Below, piece after piece: positions 19,457 to 27,578 of a stretch of 32,000 nucleotides of DNA. The position numbers and the translations under genes were made by a program. Position 1 is the stretch's first letter. Each line of letters opens with the position of its first letter. Origin of the DNA: Bacillota bacterium (GTDB taxonomy: Bacteria; Bacillota; Clostridia; Acetivibrionales; JANLFN01); assembly GCA_023421675.1 (NCBI GenBank), contig JAEZTC010000011.1, positions 31,526-63,525 on the forward strand. Reading direction: 5' to 3'. Below the pieces are notes generated by a model, which saw only the letters and a list, made by a program, of their open reading frames with translations, was not told the origin of the DNA and did no database searches.

Positions 19457-19737
19457 TTTAAACACTCCAATTTTTTATTTACGCTAAAGAATATAAACAA
19501 GACCTTTACCGCAATTTTTCGAAATACTTTGTTCTAATAATAACACATTTTTAAACAAATTAAAGGTAATTAATTGACATTTTTTTTGCAAAACAATACA
19601 CATGGTTTATGTACAATATTTTAACTTAATATTTCACTTATTTTACAACTCCTTTACATTTATTGTCCATATAGTGGCATTCTGCTATGATAAAGAAAAT
19701 AGCAATGTTTGGTTGTCTTTAAAGGAGTATTTCTTTT

Positions 19738-21756
19738 ATGTCTAAAAAAATTACTATTTTAATAACAGTATTTATTACATTACTGATGCAATTTTCAGTA
19801 ACATACAGCGAAACTGGCATAAAAGCATTTTATTCCGGCAAGGTCTTTTCATGTTCCCAACTATTATTGGACAAGAATAATAATTATTTGATAAAATCAT
19901 CTGATTTTGATTCAATTACCGGTTCAAGTACAAGCTTTGACATCGATAATAAAATAGTAACAATTAAATTTTCCGGTGCAGAATATGCATGTGCCCTCGA
20001 AACCGAAAATACGGATGCTTCAGTTCAAATTTCATATTCGCTGCCTGTAATTATAAAAGATTCATTATATTTGCCCCTTGATTTTATCAAAAATACATTC
20101 AATCTTTTGATAAAATATGACAAAGACAGTGCAGCAATATATGTACTGCCTTCTAATCAGTCATATTCCACAGAAACTTACGACTTTATAAATATTACGA
20201 ACAAGTATTCAGTAGCCAGTTCTAAAGAATTTTATCTGGATTTCAATCAATCCGGAAGTGAATTTAGCGATACATCAATTGCTGTTCACGATACAGACCA
20301 GCAATATTCAGCGATAATTAACTGTGACAGTTTCAGCACACCCACAGTTAATGCAATAAAGAAATACTCTGATGATGCTAATGCTTCAAATGAAAAGCTT
20401 TTTGACAAGTTCGTAGAATACAGAAAAAACAGCTATGATTCATTAAACACTTACTTTACAAATACATTCCTTTTGGGAGATAAAAATGGCAATGAAGCTG
20501 CCATGAAGATGATTAGCAAGTCAGAAGGCAGCTTGTACGGTGTTAAAACATATCAGTACATCTATGATACAGGACGCTTCAACTCTACCAAATGGGAAGA
20601 AAAAATACATGTTGATTTTGTTATACCGGTATATGCAAATGGAACTATTTATAATGTAGATTTTACTCTCGATAAAGGACTTATTAATGATACAACACTT
20701 AAGAAAATGACAGGTCTTCTGCAATCGATACAAATCGAAGGACTTTCATCTCAACAGGATATTCCTGATTTATTTAAGGATGCCGAGGTCATAAATGCAG
20801 CAAACAAAGGGATTTATAGCACAACTTACGATAATAAAGATACTACCTCTATTATGTTAGGAAACAATTACAGTGTATCAATTCCATCTGCTTATATTCC
20901 ATGGAACAGCAATAGTATTTCTTATGATGCAGGTTATACAAGCTATAAAATTAATGAAAACACTGATATTTCCTTTAGTTACGAACCATCTGAAACAGTT
21001 GACACCATAGTTAAAAAAATAGATTCAGTTTCAGCAACCATTGGCAGTAATGTAAGTATTACAGACCTTGGAAACATTAATATCGGGAAAAGAGATTTTA
21101 TTTATATTTTATATCAAACAGGTACAAAGGAAAACCCACAGTACTTCTATGACTTTTACACATATTCAGGTACCGAACTATATACATTCAGGTATCATAG
21201 TAAAACCTGTCCTATTGAATCAGAAATAAATAACCTTCACAATATTCTTCAATCCTTTAAACCTTCGGTAAATCTTATGTCTGAAGTTATACCCCCAGCT
21301 AAAAATGAAATAACTTATCAAAGTTACGGGGGGAAGGAAGCAGGATTCAGTATATCAGTTCCTCAAAAATGGATTATTAATAAAAAGGCTGATAAGGAAA
21401 GCAATGATATTGTTTATACTGTAAAAAGTCCGGATTATTCCGGCTCATTCGATATAAGCATATACAATAAAGATACAGCCGCCATTGATCTTTTCCGGGA
21501 TAAACAATATAAGATATTGTCAAGTAGTATTTATATAAATGATGGAATAACAAGTAAAAGGACTCTGGTTAACTACCTTGGCTCAGATGGGAAAAGACGT
21601 CTATCTTTTATTAAGGAATTAAGAACGAAAAACTCAACCTATACATTAGTTGTCTCAGTAAATGAATATATGACCAGTAACGGAAGAATAACCGATAATT
21701 CAATTAATTCAATAATTAATACAATTTCAAGAACATTCAAGTTAATAAATGAATAA
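19738..21756 (+). CDS. Secreted/anchored protein with a copper-amine-oxidase-N-terminal-like (stalk) domain; remainder unknown
   Basis: N-terminal signal/anchor KKITILITVFITLLMQF. Residues ~30-140 follow the PF07833-like pattern (...VIIKDSLYLPLDFIKNTFNL..IYVL). The rest is Asn/Ser/Tyr-rich with no recognised motif. SD aaaggag present. Confidence 0.55.
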   Translation: MSKKITILITVFITLLMQFSVTYSETGIKAFYSGKVFSCSQLLLDKNNNYLIKSSDFDSITGSSTSFDIDNKIVTIKFSGAEYACALETENTDASVQISYSLPVIIKDSLYLPLDFIKNTFNLLIKYDKDSAAIYVLPSNQSYSTETYDFINITNKYSVASSKEFYLDFNQSGSEFSDTSIAVHDTDQQYSAIINCDSFSTPTVNAIKKYSDDANASNEKLFDKFVEYRKNSYDSLNTYFTNTFLLGDKNGNEAAMKMISKSEGSLYGVKTYQYIYDTGRFNSTKWEEKIHVDFVIPVYANGTIYNVDFTLDKGLINDTTLKKMTGLLQSIQIEGLSSQQDIPDLFKDAEVINAANKGIYSTTYDNKDTTSIMLGNNYSVSIPSAYIPWNSNSISYDAGYTSYKINENTDISFSYEPSETVDTIVKKIDSVSATIGSNVSITDLGNINIGKRDFIYILYQTGTKENPQYFYDFYTYSGTELYTFRYHSKTCPIESEINNLHNILQSFKPSVNLMSEVIPPAKNEITYQSYGGKEAGFSISVPQKWIINKKADKESNDIVYTVKSPDYSGSFDISIYNKDTAAIDLFRDKQYKILSSSIYINDGITSKRTLVNYLGSDGKRRLSFIKELRTKNSTYTLVVSVNEYMTSNGRITDNSINSIINTISRTFKLINE

Positions 21757-21764
21757 GCAAAGAA

Positions 21765-21790
21765 AAGGAACCTGAATTTTCAGGTTCCTT
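21765..21790. terminator. Bidirectional terminator between the 672-aa gene and prfB
   Basis: AAGGAACCTGA-attt-TCAGGTTCCTT, a perfect 11-bp stem flanked by an A-run and a T-rich tract. Confidence 0.8.
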
Positions 21791-21803
21791 ATTTATTTTA
21801 TAT

Positions 21804-22923
21804 TTAACTCTTTTTACTCCCTTCAACACCGCTTGCAAGATAGGAGTTTATAAACCCATCAAGTTCACCATCCATCACAGCTCCTACATTGCCATCCTCA
21901 TAGTTGGTTCTGTGATCCTTCACGAGAGTATAAGGACAAAATACATAAGATCTTATCTGGCTTCCCCATGCAATTTCCATTTGCACACCTTTTAAATCCT
22001 CGATCTTTTCCTTGTTTTCTTTTTCTTTTAGCTGTAAAAGTTTCGCTTTCAACATCTTCATTGCAGTATCCCTGTTCTGGAACTGTGAACGTTCAGTTTG
22101 GCAGGAAACTACAACCCCTGTTGGAATATGTGTAATTCTAATTGCAGATTCTGTTTTATTTACGTGCTGACCGCCTGCTCCGCTTGACCTGTAGGTATCT
22201 ACCCTCAAATCATCCGGATTAATATCAACCTGCACGTCCTCGTCCAATTCCGGCATTACATCAAGTGACGCAAAAGATGTATGTCTTCTTCCAGAAGCAT
22301 CAAATGGCGATATACGCACAAGTCTATGGACACCTTTTTCGGATCTCAGATATCCATAAGCGTTCTCACCTATAACATGAATGGTAACACTTTTAATTCC
22401 TGCTTCATCACCATCAAGGAAATCAAGTGTTTTAACTATAAATCCTCTTCCTTCAGCCCATCTGGTATACATTCTCAAAAGCATCTGAACCCAATCCTGA
22501 GCTTCAGTTCCACCTGCCCCAGCATGTAATGTCAATATTGCATTGTTCTTATCATACTGACCTGTAAGAAGGGTTTCAATCTTAAGCTTTTCATACTCAG
22601 CCTTAAGACTTGAAAGACCTTCCCGGATTTCAGGAATTACACTTTCGTCCTGTTCCTCCATACCTAGCTGATTTAAGGTTTTAAGATCTTCCAGCAAGTT
22701 TTCCAGCCTTTGAAATCTTTCCAATTTGGTTTTAATATTCTTTGTTTTCTGAAGTATCTTCTGCGAATTCTCAATATCATTCCAGAAGTCTGGTTCTGTA
22801 GCTTTCATCTCAAGTTCTGCGATTTCATCGTTCAGTCTTGCGATGTCAAAGTGAAGCCCTCATTTCATCCAGAGCACCCTTAATTTCATCAATCTCAACT
22901 TTAAACTGTTCAAGTTCGATCAA
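21804..22923 (-). CDS. prfB: Peptide chain release factor 2, made by programmed +1 frameshift (ORF0 22923..22849, then 22847..21804)
   Basis: The downstream frame has the GGQ motif (SGAGGQHVNK) and SPF (RISPFD). The upstream frame starts at TTG 22923 and reads M-IELEQFKVEIDEIKGALDEMRASL, ending CTT TGA C. Confidence 0.93.
22845..22863 (-). promoter_or_regulatory. RF2 autoregulatory +1 frameshift site
   Basis: Minus strand reads ATGAGGGCTTCACTTTGAC. An SD-like AGGG (22860-22857) lies 5 nt before the slippery CTT (22851-22849), followed by an in-frame TGA (22848-22846) and then C. Confidence 0.9.
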
Positions 22924-23020
22924 CTATATCATCTCCTTAATTAAAAGTTCAATATATTATAACATATCAGGAAAAACATTTTACAGTTATAGATTTTTTA
23001 CTCAACTCTTTATCAATTAA

Positions 23021-23605
23021 CTATTTACCTTCAAGTTCATGGGTGAAAATTATTGCATCTGCTATTGCTTTCATGGTTAGCCTGCTATCCATACTCTTTT
23101 TTCTGATTTTTTCATAAGCGTCATTTTCACTTATTCCTTCACGCTGCATAAGTATCCACTTTGCACGTTCAACTGCTTTCCTAGTTTCATAGTTTTCTGT
23201 CATTTCTTTGAGTTTTGAGTTTACTTCAATTATCCTTCTATAATAAAGATTTGCAATTTCTACAGTATTGAGAAGTAGCTCCCTGCTAACAGGTTTGAAG
23301 CAGTTGACCGAGACCTTTCCCTTATCTATAACACTGATATTGTCAATTTCTTTATAGTCTCCCAATGTTACACATGAACAAAGCAGTTCTTCATCAATAG
23401 TCTCCAGAGTATTCTGTAATTCTCTGCCCTGCATGGCAAGATCTACAATAATAAAATCGGGGTTATAGCTTCGGACAATCCGTAACAAGGAAACAGGATC
23501 AAAGCAGTTTCCCAGAAACATATAACCTGCTGGATTCAACATATTGCGAATGTTTATTTGGGAAGGATTGTCAGGAGTAGCAACTACATATTTTTCTCCA
23601 GCCAT
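23021..23605 (-). CDS. ANTAR-domain RNA-binding antiterminator with an N-terminal (pseudo)receiver domain
   Basis: The C-terminus ETRKAVERAKWILMQREGISENDAYEKIRKKSMDSRLTMKAIADAII matches the ANTAR pattern. The N-terminal REC-like fold has D55 (FIIVD) and a KP motif but lacks the acidic DD pair near beta1. Confidence 0.85.
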   Translation of the reverse strand: MAGEKYVVATPDNPSQINIRNMLNPAGYMFLGNCFDPVSLLRIVRSYNPDFIIVDLAMQGRELQNTLETIDEELLCSCVTLGDYKEIDNISVIDKGKVSVNCFKPVSRELLLNTVEIANLYYRRIIEVNSKLKEMTENYETRKAVERAKWILMQREGISENDAYEKIRKKSMDSRLTMKAIADAIIFTHELEGK

Positions 23606-23935
23606 AATAACCGCCTTTAGTGATTTTTTTCGTCAGTAAATTAATTTGCCTTACTATTGACCTTAATTATATTATTCAAGATAAATATATTTATCCTTAC
23701 CGTTCTATAGGTTAATATATCAGAAAAAATTTATAAAATAAAGAGTCTTTTTATCAGTCATAATCCATTAATAAAAAATATTGCAAGTTTGCTACGTGAG
23801 AATTTCATTTTTTAAAAAATATGGGTACAATGAATATCAACAATACTCTCAAAACAAACACAGTAAAGTTAAGGGCGCTTAAATAACATTGTATGATAAT
23901 AACAAATTCACATATGAATTTAGCAAAAAATCATA

Positions 23936-23964
23936 TTGCATTTTGCAAACAGTAGTGTTATAAT
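23936..23964 (+). promoter_or_regulatory. SigmaA-type promoter of amtB-glnK
   Basis: TTGCAT (23936-23941), a 17-nt spacer, then TATAAT (23959-23964) with an extended -10 TGt (23956-23958). Confidence 0.7.
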
Positions 23965-23983
23965 AACATCAATCGATGAAGAA

Positions 23984-24030
23984 ATAAGTGAAGGCGCTTA
24001 TCAGATTATTCTGATAAAGTGTCTTTTTTT
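23984..24030 (+). terminator. Leader terminator with an overlapping upstream hexaloop hairpin (candidate ANTAR-controlled attenuator)
   Basis: Hairpin ATAAGT-GAAGGC-GCTTAT (23984-24001). Terminator stem CTTATCAGA/TCTGATAA(A)G, extendable to 23993-24023, followed by TTTTTTTATTT. The two structures share 23993-24001. Confidence 0.6.
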
Positions 24031-24186
24031 ATTTCAAAAAAAATTATTATAGAATCCCATCGGTGCGATTCATAAATGGAGCTCCAAAAGTAATTATCAA
24101 AGTCGATAATTCTCCTAAGTCATTATCATTATTTAAAATTTATTTTGCCCGTTTTAGGCATGGTTAAATTAAAGGAGGAGTCGAAA

Positions 24187-25512
24187 ATGAAATCAAAAAA
24201 ACTTTTTGGATTATTTATTTTTATTGTTGTTCTTTTTTGTTTATCAGGTGCTGCTTTTGCAGAGGGTGATGCCCCTAAAATAGACACTGGTGATACGACT
24301 TTTAATATTCTTTCAACTGTTCTCGTATTTATAATGACACCTGGTTTGGCTTTCTTTTATGGCGGTATGGTAAGAAAGAAAAATGTTTTAAATACAATGA
24401 TGAGTTCATTTGTAATAATAGCGATAGTATCTATTCAATGGGTAATAATAGGCTATACGCTTGCATTTGGTCCTGACAAGGGCCACCTTATAGGAGGACT
24501 TGACTGGCTGGGCTTTAATTCAGTAGGCGGCGACCCAAACGCAGCATATGCAGCTACTATCCCACATGCATCCTTTGCCATGTTTCAAATGATGTTTGCT
24601 ATTATAACTCCTGCACTTATCACTGGAGCAATCGCAGAAAGAATGAGATTCCCGGCGCTTATAATATTTGTAACCTTGTGGTCCTTCCTGGTATATGATC
24701 CTCTGGCTCACTGGGTATGGGGCGTTGGCGGATGGTTAAGAAATCTTGGTGCTCTTGACTTTGCAGGCGGTACAGTTGTTCACATAAGCTCAGGTATTTC
24801 AGGACTTGTGGCATGTATTATGTTAGGTAAGCGTAAAAAATCCTCCAGCATGACGCCTCACAACATACCATTTGTACTGCTTGGAGCAGGATTACTTTGG
24901 TTTGGCTGGTTCGGATTCAATGCCGGAAGTGCACTGCAAGCAAACGGGGCTGCTTTGAATGCTTTTGTTACAACTAATACAGCTGCTGCTGCTGCAACAC
25001 TCTCATGGATTTTAATAGAATATTTCCATCATGGAAAATCAACAGTTCTTGGGGCAGCGACCGGCGCTGTAATCGGTCTGGTAGCGATTACTCCAGGGGC
25101 AGGTTTTGTAACACCTATGTACTCAATTATAATCGGATTACTGGTAAGCCCGATATGTTATTTTGCAATTACTGTTATTAAATCAAAGTTCGGTTATGAC
25201 GATGCACTTGATGCTTTTGGATGCCATGGCATAGGCGGTATCTGGGGAGCTTTAGCAACAGGTATATTTGCAAATTATGGCGGTGCAAAAGGTCTTATAA
25301 GCGGCAATCCTGCTCAGCTCCTATATCAATTAATAGCAGTCGCTGTTACAATAGTTCTTGCAATTGTTATGACAGTAGTGATACTTAAGGTAACTTCGAT
25401 TTTCACTAAGCTCCGTGTAAGCGAGAGAGATGAAGATGACGGCCTTGATATAGCTGAACATGGTGAAGATGCTTACCCTGATTTCACTTCAGACCAAAGC
25501 ATTATATTATAG
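24187..25512 (+). CDS. amtB: Ammonium transporter (Amt family)
   Basis: Motifs FFYGGMVR, DFAGGTVVHISSG, WFGWFGFNAGS and GCHGIGGIWG. The track start TTG 24145 is replaced by ATG 24187, which has GGAGG 8 nt upstream. Confidence 0.93.
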   Translation: MKSKKLFGLFIFIVVLFCLSGAAFAEGDAPKIDTGDTTFNILSTVLVFIMTPGLAFFYGGMVRKKNVLNTMMSSFVIIAIVSIQWVIIGYTLAFGPDKGHLIGGLDWLGFNSVGGDPNAAYAATIPHASFAMFQMMFAIITPALITGAIAERMRFPALIIFVTLWSFLVYDPLAHWVWGVGGWLRNLGALDFAGGTVVHISSGISGLVACIMLGKRKKSSSMTPHNIPFVLLGAGLLWFGWFGFNAGSALQANGAALNAFVTTNTAAAAATLSWILIEYFHHGKSTVLGAATGAVIGLVAITPGAGFVTPMYSIIIGLLVSPICYFAITVIKSKFGYDDALDAFGCHGIGGIWGALATGIFANYGGAKGLISGNPAQLLYQLIAVAVTIVLAIVMTVVILKVTSIFTKLRVSERDEDDGLDIAEHGEDAYPDFTSDQSIIL

Positions 25513-25580
25513 TAAATTTATATATCTTGTTAACAAGATTTTATAAATAAATTATAATTTAAAAAGAGAGGTGACATAGT

Positions 25581-25919
25581 ATGAAAAAAATAGAAGCAAT
25601 TATACGTCCCGGCAAACTCGAGGAGATCAAAGATGCACTAAACAAATTCAATGTGCATGGTCTTACAATAAGTCAGGTAATGGGCTGCGGTTTACAGAAA
25701 GGCAGAAAAGAGTATTATAGGGGTACTGAGGTAACCTTAAACCTTTTGCCGAAAATTAAAATAGAAATTGTAACCAAAGACGATCATGTTGATGATATTA
25801 TCAGGCTTATATCAGAAGAAGCTAAAACCGGTGAAGTCGGTGACGGTAAAATATTCATTTATGATATAACAGATGTAATCAGGATAAGAACTGGCGAAAG
25901 AGGCGAAGGCGCAATCTGA
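25581..25919 (+). CDS. glnK: P-II nitrogen regulatory protein
   Basis: 112 aa. N-terminus MKKIEAIIRPGKLEEIKDAL, a T-loop with YRG, and C-terminal GDGKIF...IRTGE. Confidence 0.93.
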   Translation: MKKIEAIIRPGKLEEIKDALNKFNVHGLTISQVMGCGLQKGRKEYYRGTEVTLNLLPKIKIEIVTKDDHVDDIIRLISEEAKTGEVGDGKIFIYDITDVIRIRTGERGEGAI

Positions 25920-25957
25920 TTACTTATAGAAATAATCTTCAAAAAAGCATCAAAAAA

Positions 25958-25995
25958 GGAACATCCAGGTTCAAACACCAGGTGTTCCTTTTTTT
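25958..25995. terminator. Terminator between convergent glnK and the lipoprotein gene
   Basis: GGAACAtccagg...ccaggTGTTCC imperfect hairpin (25958-25988), flanked by an A-run upstream and TTTTTTT downstream. Confidence 0.6.
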
Positions 25996-26015
25996 GTACA
26001 TAAACGAATTAGAAA

Positions 26016-26714
26016 TTATTGTTGAAATAATTCAGGCGTAACGCCCACCTCAGTAATCATTGCCAATGTACTATTATCAGTAACTTCGCCCTCATCTGAA
26101 CTAATATTAAAAGCAAATATTACAGCAAAATAGTTTCCATCATCTTTTATTTCCTTATAGGAATTAAGTTTTTTAATGTTATCACCATCAACTTTAAAGT
26201 AGTATTCAATAGAACTTCCTGTACCACCTTCCATTGATTCAGGCAAGGCACCCATTACTTTAACAACATCGGATTTCTTATCTCCTAATTTTATACCCTT
26301 TACTGTAAATTGTGATTCGTCATTAGCGTTATCCTTAGAGATAGCAATATTTTCAGATACATCATTTCTATATACAACAGATAACTGTCCATATGTAGTT
26401 GTTAAATCTTCTTTACCTTGACCTAGCGCTTTTTCAATATCAGCTTTTGTAGAACCAAACTTAACCGACTTACCATCTTTTGTTTTAAATGCAAAATCAT
26501 CCAACTTTAATGCCTGGCTGTCTGATTTTTTTTCATCAGAAGTACTTTTCGCTTTATCAGTTGATACATTACTGCTTGCTTTTGAAACAGTATCACTGTT
26601 ACTTGCCTTACTTTCCTTATCACCGCATGAAGTCATTGAGAACATGAATGCAACGCATAATAATGCAACAACAGTTATATTAAAACCATGCTTTAGTACT
26701 TTAACTTTTTTCAT
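26016..26714 (-). CDS. Lipoprotein of unknown function (paralog A)
   Basis: Signal peptide plus lipobox FSMTSC. Ser/Lys-rich linker. Two internal copies of a G.KLG..K.DV.K..G-type module. Confidence 0.7.
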   Translation of the reverse strand: MKKVKVLKHGFNITVVALLCVAFMFSMTSCGDKESKASNSDTVSKASSNVSTDKAKSTSDEKKSDSQALKLDDFAFKTKDGKSVKFGSTKADIEKALGQGKEDLTTTYGQLSVVYRNDVSENIAISKDNANDESQFTVKGIKLGDKKSDVVKVMGALPESMEGGTGSSIEYYFKVDGDNIKKLNSYKEIKDDGNYFAVIFAFNISSDEGEVTDNSTLAMITEVGVTPELFQQ

Positions 26715-26735
26715 TTATATTATCCCCTTAGTTAA

Positions 26736-27404
26736 TTAGCTCAAATCTACATACAATACTGTAACAGATTTAAGAGTATCATCATCGGCAAATTTAAATA
26801 AATAACTTATGTACTTTGCATTTGATGTATCTTCCATCATATCTCTTTGAGCTGCAACAAATGTACCATTTTCACCGTTCACTTTAAAGTAATATTCAGC
26901 TTCTGTTTTATCTGCAGTTACATCACTAAATGGCTTGCTGGGCTCACCCAATGCCTTTATAACATCAGCCTTTTTATCTCCTAACTTTATACCCTTAAAC
27001 GTATACTCAGATTGCTCGTCTGAGCTCATTTTCTGGAATATAATGGTATTTGCAATATCATCTTTGTATGTAACAGAAAGTTGTCCGTATTCATACATAT
27101 CCTGGAAGCTTCCTTCCTTACCCTCACCTAGAAGCTTAACAACATCTTCTTTCTTCATTCCAAGAGTAACTTCTTTTCCATCTTTTGATTTAACACTAAA
27201 TTCAGAAAGCTTTACTTCCTTACCTGTACCTTTATCAGCTGCTGATTTTCCAGTTGAACTTTCAACTACTGCAGCTGTATTGGAATTTGAATCGGCAGAC
27301 TTATCGTCACTTCCGCAACCTGCCATTGTAAATACCATAGATACGGATAACGTGAAAACTACAATTGTCCCAATTGCCTTTGAAAAAATGTTTTTGTGTT
27401 TCAT
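26736..27404 (-). CDS. Lipoprotein of unknown function (paralog B)
   Basis: Lipobox FTMAGC. Colinear similarity to paralog A (YGQLSVTYKDDI, KGIKLGDKKADVIKALG, EYYFKVNGEN). The track start 27416 is a TTG in the SD (ttGGAGGtagaaATG), so ATG 27404 is preferred. Confidence 0.7.
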   Translation of the reverse strand: MKHKNIFSKAIGTIVVFTLSVSMVFTMAGCGSDDKSADSNSNTAAVVESSTGKSAADKGTGKEVKLSEFSVKSKDGKEVTLGMKKEDVVKLLGEGKEGSFQDMYEYGQLSVTYKDDIANTIIFQKMSSDEQSEYTFKGIKLGDKKADVIKALGEPSKPFSDVTADKTEAEYYFKVNGENGTFVAAQRDMMEDTSNAKYISYLFKFADDDTLKSVTVLYVDLS

Positions 27405-27529
27405 TTCTACCTCCAATATTTAAGCATAATTTTTTTGTCTTTTAATAGTATACTTATCATTATCGATTGAAATAAAGTGAATTTGTTGCTCTTTTTCGTT
27501 TTATTTTGCCATTTTGTATACAATTTTGC

Positions 27530-27559
27530 ACAAAAAATAAAACTGCTTTTTAGCAGTTT
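27530..27559 (-). terminator. Intrinsic terminator after the HAD hydrolase gene
   Basis: Minus strand reads AAACTGCT-aaaa-AGCAGTTT, followed by TATTTTTTG. Confidence 0.75.
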
Positions 27560-27578
27560 CATTCATTATTTTTATCTT

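Noticed and set aside
22838-23020. 60-aa plus-strand ORF upstream of the annotated prfB fragment
   Set aside because: It lies antisense to prfB ORF0 and its SD and promoter region. The region is fully explained by the RF2 frameshift architecture.
23890-23904. TnrA/GlnR-like box TGTATGATAATAACA upstream of amtB
   Set aside because: The consensus is TGTNA-N7-TNACA (17 nt). This site is 15 nt (TGT-N9-ACA), so the half-site spacing is wrong. I also saw no sigma-54 -24/-12 (TGGCAC-N5-TTGCA) element.
24145-24186. N-terminal extension MPVLGMVKLKEESK of AmtB from a TTG start
   Set aside because: The extension contains the strong SD AAAGGAGGAG, correctly spaced for ATG 24187. The protein from 24187 starts with a normal signal or TM1 sequence.
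26935-27423. 162-aa plus-strand ORF
   Set aside because: It is antisense to lipoprotein B. The product is Ser/Pro/Leu-rich with no SD, while the minus-strand product has a lipobox and a paralog next door.
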